Origin: Desulfosudaceae bacterium
GTDB taxonomy: Bacteria > Desulfobacterota > Desulfobacteria > Desulfobacterales > Desulfosudaceae
DNA length: 64,000 bases
Assembly: GCA_963674745.2 (NCBI GenBank)
Contig: CAXXDV010000001.1
Coordinates: 1,344,001-1,408,000 of the forward strand
Direction: 5' to 3'
The position numbers were made by a program, and so were the translations under genes. Below, in pieces: positions 58,101 to 64,000 of the stretch; the first letter of the stretch is position 1, and the number at the start of each line of letters is the position of its first letter. The notes under the pieces were generated by a model that saw nothing but the letters and a program-made list of their open reading frames with translations, was not told the origin of the DNA and did no database searches.

Positions 58101-61100
58101 CCGGCGAAACCCGGGATGTCTCCGTCATTATCGGTGGTTATGAAAACCTGCTCGATAATACCGAGATCACCACCACCATCAAGATTACCGAAGATGTCAA
58201 TGAAACCATTGATATTATCCGCACCGGCTACATAGACGTGGGTGACGGCCTGCTGGGCCTGCGCCTGACCACGGAAACCTTCACCCGTGGCGGAGACGGC
58301 CAGGTCCGGTTCAGCCTGGAAAACACCTGCGCCGAAGAAATCGAGATTATCAGCGCCCGCAATTTCGGGGATGACCCCTCCGATCAAGTCGTTATTTTTC
58401 TGGAGGATTTTGAAGGCAACCCTGTGGCCACCCGGAGCTATAAGTGCGCCATCGCTCCCAGCGTCACCCAGACAGACGGCACCAGCGTGATCAGTATACC
58501 CCCGGGTCAGACTTTCGAATCCGAACTCATCACCATACCCGTGCCGGCCAACGCGTCCGACGATCTGATCGCGCGCCTGTCCATAGCCCATATCTATTAT
58601 CATTTCAACGATCCGGATCAGGTTGAAATGGGTGAAATGAGTACATCCCTGCCCGTGTCCCTGGTGGATACTTCCTACTATGGTGAAGTCACCTCGGTTT
58701 CTCCGGCAAACTCCTCCGGAGACACGGACATTACCATCTCCGGCCATGCCATGGAACGGGGAACCGGGGACGTCCTGTCCGGCGTGCCCTTGACCGTGGT
58801 CATCACCAATAACGGGTTTGAACGCAAGGCCACGGTCTATACCGACCAGAGCGGCTGTTTTGAATATCTGTATACCCCCACAATCGGTTCGTCCGGCACC
58901 TTCCAGGTCTGCGCCGTTCATCCCGACCTGACCGAACGGCCCGTGCAGGGCACCTTTGTCATTAACCAAATCAACCTGCAGTATTCCGCCTATAACCTGA
59001 CCCTTCCCCGGGGCCTTGCTTATGATGTCACCCTTGCAGCCACTGCCGGCAGCGGCACCGCTGCCACCAGCCTGGGCTTCGAATACCGGGCCCAGGACCA
59101 GGACGGCGGCGTTTTCCCGGCCGGTATAACCGTCACTCCCGGCACGTTCATCGATCTTGATTCAGGGGAATCAGCCCCGGTTTCTTTTACCATTGAAGGA
59201 GACCTTTCTGCAGCAGATACCAGCCGGATTGTTCTGCGCCTGGTCAGTAGTGAAGAACCCACCAACGGCTGGGACACCCTGGAAGTCAATCTCAGCCTGG
59301 TCGAGTCCAGGCCCTCCCTGTGGACCACGCCGGATTATCTTATGACCGGTATGAATACCGGCGACTATATCACCGAATCCGTTGTTCTGGAAAACAAAGG
59401 CTATGCCGACATGGAAAGTCTCTCCCTGTCCCTTATCAATAGTGACGGGAGTGCCGTTCCGGACTGGATCTATATCTCCTCGCCCACCCGGATCAGTTCA
59501 CTGGCAGCCGGCGCCACCTCAAATGTGAGCATTGTCCTGTCTCCGCCGGCGGATTTTGCCCCTGATGTGCTCTACCTGTACCTCAAAATCACCAGCGGAA
59601 ACCACGCGGATGTGAAAATTCCCATCAGCGTAACCGTCACCACCGATGTCACCGGCCAGGTCCTGTTCCATGTCAGCGATTTTTACACAGGCACCCCGGA
59701 TGATTATAACGAGCCGATTAACGGGCTGGCCAATGCCAGAATTCTTGTTCAGAATGAAGCAACCTTTGATGAATATACCCTGACCACGGATACCGAAGGC
59801 GAAGCCCAGTCTCCGCCCATACCCGTCGGCAATTACCGCGTGCGCGTCCGGGCGGATAACCATCAAGAACTTGTCGACCGTATCTGGATCAAGCCCGGTA
59901 TCACCCTGGCAAAAGAGATATTTCTTGCCAATCAACTGGTCACGGTCGAGTGGGAGGTGGTGGAAACCACCATTGCCGATAAATATGAAATTATTTATAC
60001 CGCCACTTTTGAAACTGATGTGCCGGCCGCCATTGTCGTGTCCGAGCCCCCGGTTATTGAAATCCCGGACGGCATGAAGGTCGGCGATGTCGCCAACGGC
60101 GAAGTGAAATTGACGAATAAAGGTCTGATCCGGGCGGAAGATATCGACCTGCCTGCCCCTGTATGCGAATATTTTCAGGTCGAATATATCGGCGTTCCGG
60201 AAAGCATTCAACCCCACCAAAGCGTTAGTGTTCCTTACCGCATTACCTGCCTCAAGCTGCCCTACGCGGATGCAGGGCAGGACGGTACCGGTGGAGATAC
60301 GGAATCAGAATACGATGAAGAGACCTGCAGCGAAAAAATCAGAAAATGCAATAAAGGATATTACACGTTTACGTGTTCCAATGGAACGACATTTAAAAAG
60401 GAGTTTGAGTCCTGCGTTGATTATACGGAACACTATCCACGTAATCCTGACGGATCCTGCGACTGGACCACTGATTCGAATAATACTGACAAGAGTGAAG
60501 CGGCAGATGATCTGATTGAGCAAGATCAGAAAGAATTTGAAAAAGAAATGCAGGAACTGATGGACAGCGGGGAATTAGCCGCAATGTGCGCGGGAGAAAC
60601 CGACGGATGTGAAGATGATGATGACGATGATGATTTCTGTGACAAGTTTGAAAAAGATCACAACCTTGATGAAACCGGGTCGGCCGTTGATTTGTTGAAT
60701 TTTATGTATACACGCGACGACACCGACCTGTCCTTGCAGGTGCCCGGCGGCCTGTTTGAAATGACCCGGCAGTATAAAGACGGCCAATGGGACTGGGGCC
60801 TTTCAAAGAAAAACCTGACGCTCAATTATGAGGATGACCAGATCGCGTCGATTGATAAAAACGGTATAATTTTCCGAAAAGTGCCGGAAAGTCCTTCGGA
60901 TGTAAAAGCGCTGTTTACCAACACCAGCTATAAAATCACCCAGCAGATGGACGATACCTTTGTCTGGCAGAGCCGCGGCGGAAATTATAAATTTTATGAT
61001 GCCCAGGGCCGGCTGACCGAAGTGGGTGATGCCAACGGCCCCCAGCGCTACCTGATATATAGCGGCCAGTATCTGATCGGGTATAAAGATAAAGACGATC

Positions 61101-64000
61101 AGCAGTTCTTGTGGCTTGAATATACCGGCAATCAGATTCTGCGTATCCAGGACAATAACAATCGTGAAGTTCAGTATGACTATACGGTTGATGGCTTGCT
61201 GGAAACCGTTACCTTTGTCAACGATTTAAGCGAAAGCAAGGTCATTTACGGCTATGGCTATGATGATGTCGGCAACCTGACGTCTGTCTGGCTGGCCGGT
61301 GACGGAGAGGTGGATATCCAGAACGACGATCCCACCTATACCATTACTTACAATGAATTAAATATGGCCAAGTCGGTCGTTGACAGCACCGGCCAGGGCA
61401 AATATTTCAGTTACAACTATTTTTCAGAAAGAAAAGAGCGTTACGCTTCTTCAGAAACCTCTGACGGTCAGATCAAAGAGATCTGGTATGACGACGAGGG
61501 CAATGCCAAACGCATGGATATCAATGGTGAAACCCAGTTTGCCATTGAAATAGACGGCCGCACCACCCGTATCACCAGAAACGGCCATACCACCTCAAAT
61601 TATTACGATGAATGGGACAATGAAATTAAAAGAGAGTTTCCGGACGGCTCATCCATCACCCGTGAATTCGAACGCAAGTTCAGCAAGATGACCAGCAAAA
61701 CAGACGAGAACGGCGTTGTCACCGAATACACCTATGATGACAAGGGCAACCGGACCAGCATGACTGAAGCTGTGGGGACCCCGGAAGAACGGACGACCGA
61801 ATACGAATACGAAGACGGTAACCTCATCGAAACCCGCATCCTGGGGGTAACCGATATTGTCACCACCATGACCTATGATGATGACGGCAATCAGACGTCC
61901 ATCACCACCGATGCCGAAGGAGACGCGGTAAAAACCGCTTTTATCCATGATATCATGGGTAATGTCCTGACCAGAACCGTGGATCCGGATGGTGTAAACC
62001 TGGTCTGGACCTATACCTATGACGACCGGGGCAATATGCTTTCTGTTGAGGACCCGGAACACCGGCTAACTCAATATGAGTATGATCTTGGCGGCAGAAA
62101 GACCAAACAGATCGCCCCGGATTTAACCGAGACCCTGTATGAATATGACAGCGTCGGCAACATGATCAAACAGACAGTGGTGATGAGTCCGGAGAACATT
62201 GTCACCACATTTGAATACGGGTATGACAACAAACTGTTAAAAACCATTGATCCTGAAGGTGCGGTTACAGAATATGTCTACGACTCCCGGGGCAGAAGGG
62301 TCAAAACCATTGATCCTGCCGGAAACGCAACAATTACGGCATATGATCCGATCGATTCAGGCGGATGCACTTCATGTTCCGGAAGTGCCGGCCAGCCTAT
62401 ACGGATAACCTATCCCACTTATGAAAAAGCCTTTGTCTATGACGAACGCAACAGGAAGATCGCCGAGAAGGTCATTACCGCTGAGCAAACCTTTGAAACC
62501 CTGTTTGTGTACGATCCGGTCGGTAATTTGATCGAAAAAACGGATAAAGATAACCAGACCACGTATTATGAATACGATGCCTTAAACCGGCTGATCCGGG
62601 TGACGGACCCAAACCAGGGCCAGACCTCTTATACCTATGACAACCGGGACAATATGACCTCTTTGACCGATGCCCAGGGCAATACCACCGAGTTTGAATA
62701 TGACGCCAACAACCGCCTGGTAAAGGAAACCCGGCCCGAAGGTGAAATAACGACTTATGATTATGACTTGATGGGCAACCTGATCGAAAAGATCGATGCC
62801 AAAGACCAGAAAACCGAATATGACTATAATAATGCCGGCCAGTTGGATGAAACCCGTTATTATGACGCATCGCTCACCCTGGTCAAGACCGTCAGCTTCA
62901 CCTATGATGACGCGGGTAATCTCGAAGGTTACAATGACGGTACGACATCTGCCGTCTATGTTTTCGACAAGGCCGGCAGAAAAACCAGCGAGACCGTGAC
63001 CTGTGGCGGCTATAGCTGGACCAATACTTACACCTATTTGAAAAACGGGCTCAAGGATACCTTTACCGGCCCGGACAATGTCACTTACACCTATATGTAT
63101 GACACGGCCAATCGTTTGGCCGGGGTCCAGATGCCTGCCGGTGTCGGATTTCTGACGGTCAACGGTTACAACTGGAACCGGCCGGCCGGCTTTACCCTGC
63201 CCGGCGGCGGCGCCAGGGAAACCCTCTATGATCCGCTGATGCGGATAAAGCAGATTATCGGCAAAGACCCGGGCGGGAACGACTTGTTGAATTATGACTA
63301 CACCTATGACACAATGGACAACATCACTTCCAAAGCCACCGAGCACGGGGATTATAATTACGATTACGACAATCTGCACAGGCTTGTTGATGTTGACAAC
63401 CCCGAGGTAGCCGGACTGGCTGACGAAGAATTTACTTACGACAACGTGGGTAACCGCCTGACCACAGAGGATAGTACAAGTGATTGGGGCTACAATAGCA
63501 ACAACGAACTTCAGTCATCTTCAGACACCACAGGGAACGCTGTGTACGAGTACGATGACAACGGTAACACCATTAAAAAGACTGTTGCTGGTGTTGTCAC
63601 AAATTACGTGTATAATGTAGAAGACCGCCTCACCGAAGTCAGAGACGGCTCGAATAATTTAATAGCCAGTTACTATTACGATCCCTTTGGCAGAAGATTA
63701 AGCAAGATAGTCGGTGGAACAAAGACTTACTATCATTACAGTGATGAAGGTCTGGTAGCTGAAATTGATTCTTACGGTAATGTCGTTAAGTCCTATGGCT
63801 GGCAGCCGGGTGGTACCTGGGGAACTGACCCACTGTTCATGAGAGTTGGAGGTGCTTACTACTTCTACCACAACGATCACCTGGGTACGCCACAGAAACT
63901 GACGGCTGCTAATGGTGCTGTTGTCTGGAGCGCTAAGTACAGTAGCTTTGGTGAGGCAGTTGTTGAGGTCGATACGGTTGAGAACAACCTGAGGTTCCCG
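52112..64000 (+). CDS. Giant RHS/YD-repeat protein (>3960 aa, 3' end outside window): signal peptide, beta-helix modules, FN3/Ig domains, YD repeats, RHS core
   Basis: ATG at 52112 with GAGG RBS. The same frame reads ...YYFYHNDHLGTPQKLT...VVWSAKYSSFG...NNLRFP at the window end. The track lists no terminated ORF in this frame across the interval, and spot translations at 52.1, 59.9, 60.3, 62.4 and 63.8 kb are open and in frame. Confidence 0.9.
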   Translation, partial: MTALTIDKRSKIRQRQIRYRQLMIHMMMVVMMLPVLLAGTPDLSLAATTVSEHIRASKTWDLSGSPYIVTNEVFVCDNAKLTIVAGVVVKFNAGASLKIGYSSTSWGALSAVGEQDNHIVFTSNVSPQNPGDWKGIYFTSATSSTTQLNYCTIEYGGHTNNANLYLANSAAFSISEVIVQKSSGHGIYISYSNPVISNCRIIDNQSDGIYCDNGEGSTVYTTTIADNLFVNNGGAAINTRGYINSITGSQGYDNGVNGISVRSGYIRGDCTWSAQDLPFVVQGDVSIINNKKLTITPGAIIKFNAGAGLRIGYSSTSWGALSAVGEQDNHIVFTSNVSPQNPGDWKGIYFTSSTSSTTQLNYCTIEYGGHTNNANLYLGSSPAAFSIGDTTEGEVIVQKSSGYGIYIGASNPIISNCRIIDNQSDGIYCDNGEGSTVYTTTIADNLFVNNGGAAINTRGYINSITGSQGYDNGVNGISVRSGYIRGDCTWSAQDLPFVVQGDVSIINNKKLTITPGAIIKFNAGAGLKIGYSSTSWGALSAVGEQDKHIVFTSNVSPQNPGDWKGIYFTSSTSSTTQLNYCTIEYGGHTNNANLYLSNVASTVPTIQNSDIRASSDSGIYIATSSPVISCNNIMENVEGIHYEYGSATPTIENNNILENTGMEFYAGTAVTIGSNWWGPSGDPGIVEISDNVTYGVLAEIACNTGVVVDNPPYPPAKPSPADGAGVAIYENGELIDFTTLSWSCTDYNPADTPDLNFDVYFGTNPDALPEVSSEQTDNAYTVANSGLSLNTTYYWKIVARDSQDSLGRIISGPVWSFTTSGYAPARVTNLSIDGVGDGKSAVLDWDGYTDPLNTVIDRFEIYQYGSTFDKLDYEDPVADPVKVGQVEGDVFTYQAVDLQRGNTYYFAVVPVDEFNNYYTDGLTSVTGTLTDEQAPGEVTDITVVSGANQLTFNWTAPGDDDLAGYEIYFDDAEVPATIDVNDPNSTSYTVDDTMDPDIVPASTYTFKIIIVDDASNKSEGLEINAATLVANPAAPDTVANDGYVSLSWDEPDSYARGIASPIKRYVVYKSETDAITSLNQMTWALTTTSTSANVAGLTNGQNYYFAVATVNISGCKDDAVNLSGAVVPLADDIDPTIGELQFNGTTFNEVNPLTGSGDFELTATDASGISRVEFVVLDGSNDEVFRTTDYSPVYTCNMDLLAFHNQSYTLQVTVYDTIGNEAFLEYPFTVAMPAPAVPVINSPVDGFSTNQSAITVKGTAEPLSTITFYVNGTEQQTTTTTNASGNFSGSVDLVKGTSDITTNNINATATAANRPQTSGHSTTITGYLDTSIPDAPVHLTAEPLEGGKVHLTWDCMASDLAGYNIYRHTASFETATAAIRVNSSPVKVLQFTNAPEVEGLYYYSVTSVNSLGTESALSNQVEAQSDASGPEVDITYTPQGPVSPVDGAIGPGRVDVTLVVNEPLLTTPFFSMVPDGGVLIPVDLTKISDTEYSGYFTIEADTISAETYAVFSARDRVGNRGTTVPAEDQSILVDARGPEVIRLDVTPAAPIDNNGPVTVTAVFGLDEPIPQSDDHDYPVFEWELSGAPGSSYPTNTAVEIDPQPEEAQAWRVSFTIPAMAVSADYEYLSFSLEGIDYLGNIGDTISADNAFEIYQGNLPKLDPPTSLTGTSLPYGDIELSWDAVDNASGYKLYRGTTTGDLTEIYEAPAGITTYTDTNQPGDGDYFYAITSIREENSLSSESVQRVLTQSVSSDSALPLAPANLSLELVPNGIQATWEYSAADQVTYSLYRSLNSISSVDGLEPIIQGISMANISVIDPNPSETDHYYVVVAVDDAGNISPLSNNDDLDPGLLPVTSLNIVQEDLSDPVISWTTTGSSIVGCNIYMGEASNDDPLNDTLITTNTYTDTGYAEDQRTYTVTTENNSGTESLDRVITLPKVTAVRAADARIDRGIMNGLTYTVTNHSSDDIDPIQLQVDVVLEDDSEKSHLSTPFALAAGETRDVSVIIGGYENLLDNTEITTTIKITEDVNETIDIIRTGYIDVGDGLLGLRLTTETFTRGGDGQVRFSLENTCAEEIEIISARNFGDDPSDQVVIFLEDFEGNPVATRSYKCAIAPSVTQTDGTSVISIPPGQTFESELITIPVPANASDDLIARLSIAHIYYHFNDPDQVEMGEMSTSLPVSLVDTSYYGEVTSVSPANSSGDTDITISGHAMERGTGDVLSGVPLTVVITNNGFERKATVYTDQSGCFEYLYTPTIGSSGTFQVCAVHPDLTERPVQGTFVINQINLQYSAYNLTLPRGLAYDVTLAATAGSGTAATSLGFEYRAQDQDGGVFPAGITVTPGTFIDLDSGESAPVSFTIEGDLSAADTSRIVLRLVSSEEPTNGWDTLEVNLSLVESRPSLWTTPDYLMTGMNTGDYITESVVLENKGYADMESLSLSLINSDGSAVPDWIYISSPTRISSLAAGATSNVSIVLSPPADFAPDVLYLYLKITSGNHADVKIPISVTVTTDVTGQVLFHVSDFYTGTPDDYNEPINGLANARILVQNEATFDEYTLTTDTEGEAQSPPIPVGNYRVRVRADNHQELVDRIWIKPGITLAKEIFLANQLVTVEWEVVETTIADKYEIIYTATFETDVPAAIVVSEPPVIEIPDGMKVGDVANGEVKLTNKGLIRAEDIDLPAPVCEYFQVEYIGVPESIQPHQSVSVPYRITCLKLPYADAGQDGTGGDTESEYDEETCSEKIRKCNKGYYTFTCSNGTTFKKEFESCVDYTEHYPRNPDGSCDWTTDSNNTDKSEAADDLIEQDQKEFEKEMQELMDSGELAAMCAGETDGCEDDDDDDDFCDKFEKDHNLDETGSAVDLLNFMYTRDDTDLSLQVPGGLFEMTRQYKDGQWDWGLSKKNLTLNYEDDQIASIDKNGIIFRKVPESPSDVKALFTNTSYKITQQMDDTFVWQSRGGNYKFYDAQGRLTEVGDANGPQRYLIYSGQYLIGYKDKDDQQFLWLEYTGNQILRIQDNNNREVQYDYTVDGLLETVTFVNDLSESKVIYGYGYDDVGNLTSVWLAGDGEVDIQNDDPTYTITYNELNMAKSVVDSTGQGKYFSYNYFSERKERYASSETSDGQIKEIWYDDEGNAKRMDINGETQFAIEIDGRTTRITRNGHTTSNYYDEWDNEIKREFPDGSSITREFERKFSKMTSKTDENGVVTEYTYDDKGNRTSMTEAVGTPEERTTEYEYEDGNLIETRILGVTDIVTTMTYDDDGNQTSITTDAEGDAVKTAFIHDIMGNVLTRTVDPDGVNLVWTYTYDDRGNMLSVEDPEHRLTQYEYDLGGRKTKQIAPDLTETLYEYDSVGNMIKQTVVMSPENIVTTFEYGYDNKLLKTIDPEGAVTEYVYDSRGRRVKTIDPAGNATITAYDPIDSGGCTSCSGSAGQPIRITYPTYEKAFVYDERNRKIAEKVITAEQTFETLFVYDPVGNLIEKTDKDNQTTYYEYDALNRLIRVTDPNQGQTSYTYDNRDNMTSLTDAQGNTTEFEYDANNRLVKETRPEGEITTYDYDLMGNLIEKIDAKDQKTEYDYNNAGQLDETRYYDASLTLVKTVSFTYDDAGNLEGYNDGTTSAVYVFDKAGRKTSETVTCGGYSWTNTYTYLKNGLKDTFTGPDNVTYTYMYDTANRLAGVQMPAGVGFLTVNGYNWNRPAGFTLPGGGARETLYDPLMRIKQIIGKDPGGNDLLNYDYTYDTMDNITSKATEHGDYNYDYDNLHRLVDVDNPEVAGLADEEFTYDNVGNRLTTEDSTSDWGYNSNNELQSSSDTTGNAVYEYDDNGNTIKKTVAGVVTNYVYNVEDRLTEVRDGSNNLIASYYYDPFGRRLSKIVGGTKTYYHYSDEGLVAEIDSYGNVVKSYGWQPGGTWGTDPLFMRVGGAYYFYHNDHLGTPQKLTAANGAVVWSAKYSSFGEAVVEVDTVENNLRFP
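52379..53897 (+). repeat. Near-identical intragenic tandem repeat, about 2.3 copies, periods 636 and 654 bp
   Basis: ATTGGGTATAGCAGTACTTCCTGGGGCGCGCTTTCAGCC recurs near 52406, 53042 and 53696. Shadow ORFs repeat at the same offsets. Confidence 0.92.

Noticed and set aside
57638..58969. 443-aa minus-strand ORF (also 59519..60220 and 62582..63379)
   Set aside because: Antisense shadows of the giant RHS ORF.
43499..64000. Genomic island or prophage call for the RHS locus
   Set aside because: There is an AT-rich spacer, but no integrase, tRNA, att repeat or phage gene is visible.

Overview
Bacterial chromosomal window. Gene content (Nqr, rubrerythrin, sigma54 systems, SLC13/PEP-synthase-like cluster, GEMM riboswitch type) suggests an anaerobic Desulfobacterota/deltaproteobacterium, which is an inference. 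From left to right: a CzcCBA/Cus-type heavy-metal RND efflux system; ferredoxin and rubrerythrin; an HxlR regulator with an enoyl-CoA hydratase; a MerB-like gene divergent from an unclassified glycyl radical enzyme (GRE), followed by V4R and hydrolase genes; pncB-pncA; TetR, a QueG-like protein, cyclophilin, an Fe-S protein, a radical SAM enzyme and a tandem CDP-alcohol phosphotransferase; a sigma54-driven USP/SLC13/Cmk-like/response regulator/PEP-synthase-like/histidine kinase cluster; REP doublets; a sigma54-driven outer-membrane barrel; an orphan B12-type radical SAM enzyme; and nqrABCDEF on the minus strand, with an NqrA that keeps RnfC-like Fe-S motifs. From about 44 kb, a c-di-GMP-I (GEMM) riboswitch with a terminator leads a four-gene secreted-protein locus: a transglutaminase, a ~1940-aa Ig/FN3 repeat protein, a Cys-less rhodanese, and a >3960-aa signal-peptide beta-helix/FN3/RHS protein. 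The RHS gene is missing from the ORF track because it runs off the window end. The riboswitch-led RHS locus and the GRE locus are the best candidates for undescribed systems. No rRNA, tRNA, CRISPR array, transposase or integrase was recognised. All calls come from reading motifs by eye; no database searches were run.
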